This document shows positions 8,301 to 15,947 of a stretch of 32,000 nucleotides of DNA, one piece after another; position 1 is the stretch's first letter, and each line of letters starts with the position of its first letter. This stretch comes from an uncultured Candidatus Saccharibacteria bacterium (GTDB lineage: Bacteria > Patescibacteriota > UBA1384 > XYA2-FULL-43-10 > 1-14-0-10-43-13): positions 1 through 32,000 of the forward strand of contig CAZIYE010000002.1 of assembly GCA_964543385.1 (NCBI GenBank), written 5' to 3'. Both the position numbers and the translations under genes were made by a program. The notes below the pieces were generated by a model that did no database searches, was not told where the DNA came from, and was given only the letters and a program-made list of their open reading frames with translations.

Positions 8301-8958
8301 TACAGATGTGACTTCTATCTCATCAAATGGCACATATAAGGTGGGTCAAGCCATTATTATTCGACTTATTGCTTCTGAGACGGTTATAGTGTCCGGAAAA
8401 CCGAAATTGCAGCTTGATACTAATAACGGTGACCGCTTTGCTATCTATAGCCAAGGTTCGGGTTCTCCAAATATTGACTTTTCTTTTGAAGTCGACGTTA
8501 ACGATTCAACAGAAAGATTAAACTATGTTGATATAAATTCCCTGGGTATGAATGGCGGCTCGATTGTTGATTTAGCAGGAAATCCTCTAGTTGCAATTTT
8601 GCCATCGCCATCCGGCCCCAATTCCCTTGCTCATTATGCAAAAATTTTTATAGCGAAAACCACTAATGATTTTAACTCTCAAGGTACTCAAGATGATGGC
8701 CAGAGCATTTCCTCAATTAATTCTGAAAAAATAGTCACTCCCAAAACAATCGATGACAATTTAGAGGTAGCGGAAAATGAAAATACTGAACTAGCTCAAA
8801 AAGATACAGATAGAAGTAATGGTCAAAAAGAGTCAGCAATAAACGAGGTTAATGCTAAAAAAACACCTTTTAATACCATCGCACTTATTATCATATTGGG
8901 TATTGCTATTTCAGCTATTAGCTTTAGCGCTTTATCTAAGTTAAAACCCAGAAAATAA
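5320..8958 (+). CDS. large secreted, membrane-anchored multidomain protein: signal/TM, parallel beta-helix repeats, NodB-type polysaccharide deacetylase, two Ig-like ~115-aa repeats, low-complexity linker, C-terminal TM anchor
   Basis: The NodB motifs are VSIVIDDAAS and HEIASHSSSH. The beta-helix region shows ISGITIRGA, NDMILSGG and NVTLNRVKVSN-type repeats. Tandem domains lie at about 7918-8283 and 8293-8652 (PRLQMRTNNGDKYANYYSGS versus PKLQLDTNNGDRFAIYSQGS). The C-terminal anchor is ALIIILGIAISAISFSAL followed by KLKPRK. The start may be ATG at 5329 rather than GTG at 5320. Confidence 0.85.
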   Translation: MRAMIKKSSYLKICFVIFLILGISFPPVSRIAKASNPTYYVSVINGQLKYRLDNWPDGSNGTIPNPSDLNQLFFDLNNDKSIVLDAGTYSGTLLDATDGIDIGRSGQHIRSAVSTDPDYANRLGEVIIDGAGMNDDVFVLNASNNISGITIRGADGGKRNLVISSGTAIINDMILSGGDSGFLFSGSSNVTLNRVKVSNVSSYIGDVNGASANTTFNYGQFTDNASPIRVFNGNLTVNNSTLAGTKNEAIYIANNNGQQVMVNNSIITASSTDNANKNAILNSSSNASCTVNNTLIHSNPMNGNYLTSGCTLNNATTDEAAGFISPKRQGMVSIVIDDAASKDWFGTMADLAEERNFRLTWAVDTRYMSIHEYWGSAIDFANRGHEIASHSSSHSYLTELRGINIQYIGTGAAATLSIDAATKTLTTSVADKPSDNLSINLNNYTLHGLANFIASSKGGSAYVGTIASSNNNEVPASILSTVSNQSIKESIYIANLNADAYYSYEIQGSKTAIETQIGNGYVVKSLHYPFWQSNSNVRDAVSSAGYIGARGFDGTRLISDIAAFETYGIQVGNLFGALNTNPNETQIKGRVHALAQYLNHVGGFITLVAHNSLMEGDYTQQEWIWVMDALKESGIQVLPYGEAIEGIIQDAESTSGSDGSLHYLRSQLHLGDQSDYSLSPLSVGIDAGSNLSLTADFLGNPVYGSPDLGAFEFQPNYLIGDDQIDITAGAKIYADGKFRNLGTSSGNIADLVVKPEGGNFSTYGQNETRPVWLEIENIVWSNTGTRHKQWVENSDFPGLTNTLHVVGDLLPSKLYNVKVDSVLGQNITGDACTSGVCRSDSNGQITFTYTGTYSAHTFDIEEGDNFGPQIVSVTAENQDGYYYAGDTLNILVEFSENVAVAGIPRLQMRTNNGDKYANYYSGSNSSVLVFNYLVEIGDRTDDLDYSNVDSLDLNSGTIRDSVGNDAVLLLPLPGQQYSLGFNKTIIIDQEQPVVTDVTSISSNGTYKVGQAIIIRLIASETVIVSGKPKLQLDTNNGDRFAIYSQGSGSPNIDFSFEVDVNDSTERLNYVDINSLGMNGGSIVDLAGNPLVAILPSPSGPNSLAHYAKIFIAKTTNDFNSQGTQDDGQSISSINSEKIVTPKTIDDNLEVAENENTELAQKDTDRSNGQKESAINEVNAKKTPFNTIALIIILGIAISAISFSALSKLKPRK

Positions 8959-9067
8959 ATAGCTAATCTATGCAAGAGTTTTTGAGATGATGTCCAGCAA
9001 GTGGTATTTCCTTGCGAGTGAAATCTGAACCTTGTTTTTTGGGCCTAATTTTGTTATGATATGGAGC

Positions 9068-9280
9068 ATGATGAGTAAAAATGAAAGCTCGATAAGCTTA
9101 GGTGATCAGATAAGAACTGCTAGAGAAAAGGCAGGACTGACACAAGCGGATGTTGCGAAGGCGGCTAGTATTGACGTCAGTTATTATGCTGAGATTGAGC
9201 GAAATGCTGTAAACCCTTCATATCGTAAGATTCAAGCGATTGCAAAAGTCCTCAAGATCAAGTCGATCAGTGTTTCATAA
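9068..9280 (+). CDS. XRE-family helix-turn-helix transcriptional regulator (copy A)
   Basis: LGDQIRTAREKAGLTQADVAKAASIDVSYYAEIERNAVNPSYRKIQAIAKVL is a classic Cro/C1 HTH. GGAG at 9063-9066 with ATG at 9068/9071. The track start at 9032 is probably too far upstream. Confidence 0.75.
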   Translation: MMSKNESSISLGDQIRTAREKAGLTQADVAKAASIDVSYYAEIERNAVNPSYRKIQAIAKVLKIKSISVS

Positions 9281-9317
9281 TCTACTCATTGTTTACATCG
9301 TTAAAAGCACTCATCAA

Positions 9318-9369
9318 CTGGTTTAGCCAGCTTAAAAGGTGTTCAAAACAAAGTCCCTCAAGGGTACCA
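9318..9369 (+). repeat. copy A of the conserved post-XRE module (TAGCCAG...AGGTGTTCAAA...tccctcaagggtacca)
   Basis: By hand alignment roughly 70 percent identical to 19888-19940. tagccag at 9324-9330, aggtgttcaaa at 9337-9347. It ends in gggtacca. Confidence 0.7.
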
Positions 9370-9490
9370 TGAAGAAGATTTATACATTTTATTATTTGGT
9401 TATTAAATTATTTATTGTTTAAATTTAATAAAAATTATTCGTTAAATAGTCAAATGAAAAAATAACTAAATGAACAAATATGTGATTTTT

Positions 9491-9566
<76 letters not shown>

Positions 9567-9577
9567 TGAAATAAGAC

Positions 9578-9600
9578 AGACCCATCAACGGGTCTTTTTT
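9578..9600 (+). terminator. rho-independent terminator after tRNA-Arg(TCT)
   Basis: agaccc-atcaac-gggtct followed by a T6 run. Confidence 0.75.
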
Positions 9601-9678
9601 AAATCAGAGTGAGGGAACACCTTAAAACCGCAATAAATAACAATCCCTCAACATGGAGATTGTTATTTATATGAACTA

Positions 9679-10011
9679 TTAATTATTTCTATCCTGGTCA
9701 TCTTTTCTGCGGCGTATTTCCTCATGATAACTAGTACTTGGTCTTTCTTCTCTTGATACACCTATAATAGCCCTTACAATGGCTATAAAGACAACGGCAC
9801 CGATCACTCCCCAAAGAATACCTAAAACTGAAAAGGCGCCAGAACTCAGCGCAGTTCCTATTCCTAATACGCTGCCGAAGAACCATCTTCCAATAAGTGA
9901 TCCGATAATTCCCACGATCATATCAGTTACGATTCCTTGTCTAGTTTTCATTATTGCACTTGCAATCCAACCTATTAGAATACCAGTGATGATTGCTAGA
10001 ATCCAACTCAT
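9679..10011 (-). CDS. GlsB/YeaQ/YmgE-family (transglycosylase-associated) stress membrane protein
   Basis: MSWILAIITGILIGWIASAIM...GIIGSLIG is the typical family N-terminus. AAAGGA RBS. Charged C-terminal tail. Confidence 0.8.
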   Translation of the reverse strand: MSWILAIITGILIGWIASAIMKTRQGIVTDMIVGIIGSLIGRWFFGSVLGIGTALSSGAFSVLGILWGVIGAVVFIAIVRAIIGVSREERPSTSYHEEIRRRKDDQDRNN

Positions 10012-10073
10012 CGCAATCCTTTCATTAAATTTATTTTTAAATCCTCAAACATTATCTGATGATTAACCTCGAC

Positions 10074-10439
10074 CTAATTTATGTCATCAGAATCTTGGTC
10101 TTTGTTTTTATCATTTTTCTCCCGAAATTCCTGATGATAAGCAGCTCCCATTTCATTACGTTGTGAACGGGCTTTGCTTACAGAAATACCTTCGACAATC
10201 CATGAGAGAATTAGAGAACCCAAAAGTGCCCAGGTCAATCCTCTGGTGCTGAAACTGTCAAGATTAGCGCTGAGCCCACCTCCTTGACCGAACAAATTGC
10301 CAAAAAGCAGAACACCCAGAAAAGCACCAATTCCGCCGGCAATTGTGTCAGACACAATGTTACGTTCACTACGACGAAATGCATAACTTGAAAACCAGCC
10401 AACAAGTCCGCCAATTAATATTGCTAAAATCCAACTCAT
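10074..10439 (-). CDS. GlsB/YeaQ/YmgE-family membrane protein (tandem paralog)
   Basis: MSWILAILIGGLVGWFSSYAF...GGIGAFLG. AAGGAG RBS. Charged tail shares the YH(E/Q)E(I/F)R motif with its neighbour. Confidence 0.8.
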   Translation of the reverse strand: MSWILAILIGGLVGWFSSYAFRRSERNIVSDTIAGGIGAFLGVLLFGNLFGQGGGLSANLDSFSTRGLTWALLGSLILSWIVEGISVSKARSQRNEMGAAYHQEFREKNDKNKDQDSDDIN

Positions 10440-10549
10440 CTAAACTCCTTTCCTAAATAATTATTTCCATACAAAATTCATAATAGATATAATTCAGTTC
10501 GGTTACGATGTTCTTTTTCACAAATTATAATTACCGAACTTGATTCGCC

Positions 10550-10578
10550 TTGAAAAATTTCTAGTAATTTGGTATTAT
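10550..10578 (+). promoter_or_regulatory. candidate promoter for the tRNA-Lys/Glu pair
   Basis: TTGAAA (10550-10555), 17 nt, TATTAT (10573-10578). Confidence 0.45.
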
Positions 10579-10631
10579 ATTTTAAGTTTTAGTAGGCTAT
10601 TAATTTCTTGCCTCGACATCAAACTATAAAA

Positions 10632-10706
10632 GGATTGGTAGCTCAATGGTAGAGCAGTGGCCTCTTAAGCCATTGGTTGTGGGTCCGATTCCCACCCAAT
10701 CCACCA
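10632..10706 (+). tRNA. tRNA-Lys (anticodon CTT), unusual T-loop
   Basis: Acceptor ggattgg/ccaatcc, anticodon stem gtggc/gccat with loop ctcttaa, T-arm gtggg-tccgatt-cccac (C where U55 is expected), encoded CCA. Confidence 0.85.
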
Positions 10707-10709
10707 AAA

Positions 10710-10784
10710 GGCCTCATCGTCTATCGGTTAGGACACCACGCTTTCAATGTGGTAAGAGGGGTTCGACTCCCCTTGAGGCTACCA
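10710..10784 (+). tRNA. tRNA-Glu (anticodon TTC)
   Basis: Acceptor ggcctca/tgaggct, anticodon stem ccacg/tgtgg with loop ctttcaa, T-arm agggg-ttcgact-cccct, encoded CCA. Confidence 0.9.
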
Positions 10785-10866
10785 AATGAATCGAACAACT
10801 TTATATTAATGATTTATCTCTCTGGAATTCATATTCTGGTGTTCGATAAACATTGCGAGTTATATG

Positions 10867-10896
10867 AAAAAGCATTGCTGCGAGGCGATGCTTTTT
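10867..10896 (+). terminator. hairpin terminator after the tRNA-Lys/Glu pair
   Basis: aaaaagcat / atgcttttt form a 9-bp stem with a 12-nt loop. The T-run lies in the 3' arm. Confidence 0.5.
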
Positions 10897-10915
10897 CATT
10901 TACAAAACTAAGTAC

Positions 10916-10943
10916 TTGACAACATAGTATTTGGGTATATATT
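10916..10943 (+). promoter_or_regulatory. candidate promoter of the DUF5320 gene
   Basis: TTGACA (10916-10921), 16 nt, TATATT (10938-10943). Confidence 0.5.
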
Positions 10944-10984
10944 CATAAAGTAGACATAAAAAATTTTGAAAGGAGGTGAGAAAA

Positions 10985-11224
10985 ATGCCAAATTTAGATC
11001 AAACAGGTCCGCAAGGACAGGGTCCCATGACCGGACGAGGAATGGGTCCATGTGGAGGCGGAGCGCGTCGAGGGATGGGTTGTGGTAGAGGTTACGGACG
11101 TTTCGCAGGCCGTTCATATCTATCAAAATCCGAGGAATTGGATGAGCTGGAAGATGAAGCCAAGGCAATGGAAGCTGACCTAAAAGCTCTCAAGGAAAGA
11201 ATCTCTGAGATCAGGGGAGAATAG
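10985..11224 (+). CDS. DUF5320-family protein (Gly/Pro-rich N-terminus, coiled-coil C-terminus)
   Basis: MPNLDQTGPQGQGPMTGRGMGPCGGG is the signature N-terminus. AAAGGAGGTGA RBS precedes the ATG at 10985 (track start 10976 is GTG). Confidence 0.75.
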   Translation: MPNLDQTGPQGQGPMTGRGMGPCGGGARRGMGCGRGYGRFAGRSYLSKSEELDELEDEAKAMEADLKALKERISEIRGE

Positions 11225-11230
11225 AAAAAG

Positions 11231-11272
11231 CCGTCCCGATGCTCCGGAAATTTATCCGGAGATCGGGGCGAC
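11231..11272 (+). terminator. long GC-rich imperfect hairpin (possible terminator or attenuator, no U-tract)
   Basis: ccgtcccgat(g)ctccgga-aattta-tccggagatcggggcg, about 16 bp with one bulge. Confidence 0.4.
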
Positions 11273-11332
11273 CCGCAATTAGATTATTATCAAAAAATCA
11301 TCTTTAATCAATATTAAAGCGAGGGAAAAGTA

Positions 11333-12064
11333 ATGAGATTAGAAAATAAGGTTGCTATTGTAACAGGCGCTTCATCTGGCATAGGAAGAGCAATCGCCGA
11401 AAAATTTACAAAAGAAGGTGCCAGGGTTATTTATTCCGACATAAACGCACCGGAAGGTTTCGAAAAAACGGACAGTGTCCTGTTTGTTAAATGCGATGTT
11501 TCTAAATCAGAAGAAGTAGAAACTTTAATCGACAAAGCAATTGATCATTTTGGCAGGATTGACATTATGGTAAACAACGCCGGAATCGGCGGATTAGGCG
11601 GTGTGCTTGATGTAACTGATGAAAATTGGGATAAAACAATCGGAATAAATCTTTCTGGCGTAATGTATGGTATGCGGGCAGCGGCTAATAAAATGAAGGA
11701 AGCTGGCATTAAAGGCGTAATTATAAATATGAGTTCAATTTTGGGTAGTGTCGGTTTTAATGGAGCTATCGCATACTGCGCGGCAAAAGGGGGTATTGTT
11801 CAACTCACTCACGCAGGATCTCTCGACCTCGCTCAGTACCAAATTAGGGTAAACGCTATTGCCCCAGGTTTCATTGAAACAAATATGACAAAAGATATAC
11901 TTAAAAATGAACAATTTAATCAATTAGTAACTGGTTCAACTCCATTGGGCTATGTTGGCGAGCCGGATGATATTGCCAATGCCGCTGTTTACTTGGCATC
12001 AGATGAGGCCAAATATGTCACCGGTAATATTCTTTATGTTGATGGCGGCTGGACGGCTAAATAG
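11333..12064 (+). CDS. short-chain dehydrogenase/reductase (classical SDR, FabG/glucose-DH-like)
   Basis: TGASSGIGRAIA cofactor motif, NNAG, and S...YCAAK catalytic motif. GAGGGAAAAG lies upstream of the ATG. Confidence 0.9.
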   Translation: MRLENKVAIVTGASSGIGRAIAEKFTKEGARVIYSDINAPEGFEKTDSVLFVKCDVSKSEEVETLIDKAIDHFGRIDIMVNNAGIGGLGGVLDVTDENWDKTIGINLSGVMYGMRAAANKMKEAGIKGVIINMSSILGSVGFNGAIAYCAAKGGIVQLTHAGSLDLAQYQIRVNAIAPGFIETNMTKDILKNEQFNQLVTGSTPLGYVGEPDDIANAAVYLASDEAKYVTGNILYVDGGWTAK

Positions 12065-12074
12065 AAAGGAAGCA

Positions 12075-12557
12075 ATGAGACCAAGAAAATTTAGGCATGT
12101 TTGTATGAATCCTGAAATAAGATTCTTTAAACCTCAGGGTGTTCCGATGAGCCAGTTGGAAGTTATTGATCTAACTGACGAAGAGCTTGAAGCATTAAGG
12201 CTAAAGAATATAGAGGATCTAGATCAAATAGTTGCCGCAGAAAAAATGGGCACATCGCAAAGTACTTTCCAAAGGATTCTAACTTCGGCTTACAAAAAAA
12301 TTTCCGACGCGTTGGTAAACGGCAAAGCGATTAAAATCAAAGAGATTGAAAGACCGATGAGAAAGTTTGAATGTTGGAAGTGCAAACACACATGGGAGGA
12401 GCCTTTTGGCAATGGCAGGCGCGGAATTGATATGAGCTGCCCGGAGTGCAAAGGCGAAGAGATTCATCGTTGTGATAACAACGGTCATGGTTTTGGCAAT
12501 CAATTTTGGGGGCACAAAGGTGGAACGGATAAAATAGATAAAAGCTCTGGCAATTAA
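12075..12557 (+). CDS. DUF134 (UPF0251) predicted DNA-binding protein with a C-terminal zinc-ribbon extension
   Basis: PRKFRHVCMNPEIRFFKPQGVP...LTDEELEALRLKNIEDLDQIVAAEKMGTSQSTFQRIL matches the family. The C-terminus carries CWKC...CPEC. The AAAGGAAG RBS puts the start at 12075; the track start at 11952 overlaps the SDR gene. Confidence 0.75.
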   Translation: MRPRKFRHVCMNPEIRFFKPQGVPMSQLEVIDLTDEELEALRLKNIEDLDQIVAAEKMGTSQSTFQRILTSAYKKISDALVNGKAIKIKEIERPMRKFECWKCKHTWEEPFGNGRRGIDMSCPECKGEEIHRCDNNGHGFGNQFWGHKGGTDKIDKSSGN

Positions 12558-12631
12558 ATATTTTCGATATTAAAGATCAATAAATCAATGACCTATACGA
12601 AGAAGAGTGAATAATTAACTAAATAATTTTC

Positions 12632-12850
12632 ATGCAAAAATCAAAAATATCAGGGATTCTAATGATTTCCTCAGCTATAATTCTCGCAGCCTTAGTAATC
12701 GGCTATACTGTTCTATTTTCAATTTTTGGGATCAAATCCGGTGGTTCGTTTTTAATGGTTATTCCCTTACTTGTAATCGCAGTTGGCGTAATAATGGCTC
12801 TATTTTTTCTTTTGCGCGCTGGAATTAAGCAGATAAAAAATAATAAATAA
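12632..12850 (+). CDS. hypothetical small two-TM membrane protein
   Basis: 72 aa with two hydrophobic helices. No clear RBS. Confidence 0.35.
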   Translation: MQKSKISGILMISSAIILAALVIGYTVLFSIFGIKSGGSFLMVIPLLVIAVGVIMALFFLLRAGIKQIKNNK

Positions 12851-12885
12851 TTTAGCGTTGTTTTATAATGCTGACGGAGGAGTAA

Positions 12886-13155
12886 ATGAAAGTACTAAAA
12901 TTTGGTGCCATATGGTGTCCTGGTTGTTTGATTATGAAGCCGATGTGGCAAGAAATTGAGAAAGAAAACAGTTGGCTTAAGAATGAATACTATGACTATG
13001 ATGAAAACAGAGAGATGGCTGATAAATGGCAAGTCAATGATACTCTGCCTACTTTTATCTTTGTCGATAAAGACGAGAACGAGATTCTACGCCTACAGGG
13101 CGAGCGCTCAAAGACAGAACTGTTAAAACTTATTGAAGAGTATAAGGACAAGTAA
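12886..13155 (+). CDS. thioredoxin-family protein (CPGC active site)
   Basis: FGAIWCPGCLIMKP motif. GGAGGAG RBS. Confidence 0.8.
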   Translation: MKVLKFGAIWCPGCLIMKPMWQEIEKENSWLKNEYYDYDENREMADKWQVNDTLPTFIFVDKDENEILRLQGERSKTELLKLIEEYKDK

Positions 13156-14324
13156 TGAAGAAGATTGCAGCTATACTTTTTGCGGCATTTTTTGCTGCAA
13201 CACTATTTTTACCTTTAAGGTCTTTTGCGGCCGAAGAAAAGATAATTTTCTTTTGGGCAGAGGGCTGTCCTCACTGCGCAGCTGAAAGCGTATTTTTGGA
13301 AAAGCTGGTATCGGAGAATTCTGGGCTTTCAGTAGAAAAGCATGAGGTATCCAAAAGCAAAGAAAATCAACAGCTTCTAGTCGATTGGAGTAAAAAGTTA
13401 AATTTTGATGCCAACGGTGTCCCTGTGACGATTATCGGAGAAAAATATGTATTGGGATACATGGATGGTATTACCGATTCGAAGATTGAAAGTTTCCTTG
13501 TTTCCCCTGCAGACCTTAAGGGTAGTGGCGAAGTTTGCGCAATTGATCGACCATGTGATGACAAAGAGGTAAACAATCACAAGATAAAACTGCCTTTTTT
13601 TGGCGAGATTGAAACCAAAAACTTCTCACTGCCGATTCTCTCAATTGTTATCGGCATACTTGATGGCTTCAATCCTTGCGCTATGTGGACTCTGCTATTT
13701 TTGATCAGCTTGCTTCTCGGTATGAAGGATAGAAAAAGAATGTGGATACTGGGGTCTGCTTTTATTGTTGCCTCTGCCGCAGTTTACTTTGTCTTTATGT
13801 CGGCGTGGCTGAATCTGTTGCTTTTTATCGGATTAATTGCGACAGTCCGCATAATCATCGGCTTGGTCTCGCTTGGCGGTGGAATGTACAGTCTCAAGGA
13901 TTTTGCGACCAATAAAGAGGGCGGCTGCAAAGTTACGGATAATGAAAAAAGGAAGGCAACTTTTGAGAAAATAAAGCATATTGTTCACGAAAGAAGCTTC
14001 ATCTTGGCTCTTTTTGGAATCATTATATTGGCCTTTGCTGTTAATCTTGTGGAGCTTATTTGCTCAGCTGGCCTTCCGGCTGTATATACTCAAATCCTGA
14101 CGATGAGCAACTTGCATGTTTGGCAGTATTACCTCTATATCTTGCTTTATGTTTTCTTTTTTATGCTCGACGATCTTATTATCTTTTTCATCGCGATGTT
14201 TACATTGCAACTCACGGGTATAACTACTCGCTACTCTCGAATTTCTAGACTAGTTGGTGGTATACTGATGTTAGTAATCGGTTTAATTTTAATATTTAAG
14301 CCTTCATGGCTAATGTTTGGATAA
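13155..14324 (+). CDS. membrane thiol-disulfide protein: exported glutaredoxin/thioredoxin-like domain (CPHC) fused to a DsbD/CcdA-like multi-TM domain
   Basis: Signal peptide, FFWAEGCPHCAAE, then TM helices with GFNPCAMW and ELICSAGLP cysteine motifs. The start overlaps the upstream stop by 1 nt. Confidence 0.55.
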   Translation: MKKIAAILFAAFFAATLFLPLRSFAAEEKIIFFWAEGCPHCAAESVFLEKLVSENSGLSVEKHEVSKSKENQQLLVDWSKKLNFDANGVPVTIIGEKYVLGYMDGITDSKIESFLVSPADLKGSGEVCAIDRPCDDKEVNNHKIKLPFFGEIETKNFSLPILSIVIGILDGFNPCAMWTLLFLISLLLGMKDRKRMWILGSAFIVASAAVYFVFMSAWLNLLLFIGLIATVRIIIGLVSLGGGMYSLKDFATNKEGGCKVTDNEKRKATFEKIKHIVHERSFILALFGIIILAFAVNLVELICSAGLPAVYTQILTMSNLHVWQYYLYILLYVFFFMLDDLIIFFIAMFTLQLTGITTRYSRISRLVGGILMLVIGLILIFKPSWLMFG

Positions 14325-15544
14325 GTATGCTTAACGAAATTATTAAAAATTACACTAAAAAAATTGTTTTCTCTGCACTTTTTTTATTTTTGGCTCTCAT
14401 ACCGTTTGCAGCTAAAGCCGCAGAACAAGTTTCGGTTGATGAGGACTCAATCAATTTTCAAGAAGTGGGAAAAGTAAGTCTTGAAGAAAATTCTGAAAAT
14501 ATAGGCAACACTTCTGAATCGGAGCAAAAAATTGAGGCCTTGGTTCTGGAAGTTCTAAACCAAAAAGAAGTTGAAGATGAACTTGGTAAAAAAATCGTCT
14601 TACAAAATATTAAATTGAGAGGTTTGAATAACGGATACAAAGGTAAGGAGATAGAATTCTTGGGGATCGAAAATAATATTTCGACGAAACAAACTTATGA
14701 AAAAGGCGATAGGTTATTCGTTTGGATAAAAGATGATACTAATGGCAGAACGGTAATAATCGAAGATGCCGTTCGAACCAATTCAATTATTTGGCTCTTG
14801 CTGATATTTGTCGCAGTAGTACTCATTATTGCTAGAGGTCATGGCTTAAGATCGCTCATTTCCTTATTTTTAACTTTTGTCATCATAATTAAGTGGGTTG
14901 TCCCAGCGATATCTAGTGGATCAAATCCATTATTCATAACTCTCCTCGCTGCTTTTGCGATTCTTTTATCCTCAATTTTGTTAGTCTATGGGTGGAATAA
15001 AAAATCAGGCATTGCTATTGCTGGTACTTTTGCAGGTGTTTTAATAACTCTTGTTTTATCAGTAATCTTTAGCAACTTAACTGAGCTGACTGGTTTTGCA
15101 GCCGAAGAAAGCATGTATCTGATCGATATCTTTAAAAACGAAATTAGCCTAAAAGGATTGTTATTATCAGGTTTTGTTCTTGGCTCTCTCGGGATACTGG
15201 ACGATATTGCTGTGACACAGGTCTCCGCTGTCGAAGAAATTAGAAGAGCCAACCCAAATATTTCACAATCGAATCTTTACAAAAGCGCCATGAGGGTCGG
15301 AATTGATCATATTTCTTCGATGATCAACACTCTGTTTTTAGCTTACGCTGGTGCCTCCTTTTTCTTGTTATTTTTATTTAATATTAAACAGCCGCCTTTT
15401 GAAAACTTTTCTGCTGTGATTAACAACGAAATAATTTCCACTGAAATAGTAAGGACTTTGGTTGGCAGTATCGGTTTGATTTTATGCGTTCCAATTACTA
15501 CATATATCGCAAGTACATTTTTCCATAAAAATGCTAGTAAATAG
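14306..15544 (+). CDS. YibE/F-family membrane protein
   Basis: N-terminal exported domain, then multi-TM region (GLRSLISLFLTFVII...GVLITLVLSVIF...GILDDIAVTQVS) resembling YibE/F. The start may instead be ATG at 14327. Confidence 0.6.
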   Translation: MANVWISMLNEIIKNYTKKIVFSALFLFLALIPFAAKAAEQVSVDEDSINFQEVGKVSLEENSENIGNTSESEQKIEALVLEVLNQKEVEDELGKKIVLQNIKLRGLNNGYKGKEIEFLGIENNISTKQTYEKGDRLFVWIKDDTNGRTVIIEDAVRTNSIIWLLLIFVAVVLIIARGHGLRSLISLFLTFVIIIKWVVPAISSGSNPLFITLLAAFAILLSSILLVYGWNKKSGIAIAGTFAGVLITLVLSVIFSNLTELTGFAAEESMYLIDIFKNEISLKGLLLSGFVLGSLGILDDIAVTQVSAVEEIRRANPNISQSNLYKSAMRVGIDHISSMINTLFLAYAGASFFLLFLFNIKQPPFENFSAVINNEIISTEIVRTLVGSIGLILCVPITTYIASTFFHKNASK

Positions 15545-15578
15545 TCAGCATCACAATTAGGTTAAAAGAAGGGGCAAG

Positions 15579-15947
15579 ATGATAAAATCAGATGACGGAT
15601 CAAAAACAATAAGATGGATAGCAAGAATTTTGGCTACCGCTTTTTTATTGTTTGGTCTGCCTTTTTATTTTGGTTATGGTAACCCGCTGCCTTTTGTTAG
15701 TCCTGGTTACACTTTGTGGGACAATGTTTGGCTAACAATTTTCCCGGTTGTTTTTGTAGGATTAGCAGTTGGCTGGTTAAATGAGAAGGTTGGCGGACTT
15801 TTGATAGTGATCCCGATAATAATTGGATTCATGATGGTGTTTGTCGCAGACAAAGACATTTCCCCTCACATGCTGATACCATTTATTGTAGGTGTTTTGT
15901 ATATTCTATCTAATAAAGAAATACGTAAAAAAACTGGAGAAAAATGA
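15579..15947 (+). CDS. hypothetical multi-TM membrane protein (122 aa)
   Basis: GAAGGGG RBS and three or four hydrophobic helices. The stop overlaps the next start (ATGA). Confidence 0.5.
   Translation: MIKSDDGSKTIRWIARILATAFLLFGLPFYFGYGNPLPFVSPGYTLWDNVWLTIFPVVFVGLAVGWLNEKVGGLLIVIPIIIGFMMVFVADKDISPHMLIPFIVGVLYILSNKEIRKKTGEK

Noticed and set aside
10677-11168. Track ORFs 10677-10919(+) and 10908-11168(-)
   Set aside because: The first starts inside tRNA-Lys and runs across tRNA-Glu. The second is antisense to the well-supported DUF5320 gene, which has a strong RBS and a signature N-terminus.
11952-12074. Upstream extension of the DUF134 ORF overlapping the SDR gene
   Set aside because: The family-typical N-terminus (MRPRKFRHV) begins at 12075 behind an AAAGGAAG RBS. 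The extension is an out-of-frame read of the SDR 3' end.
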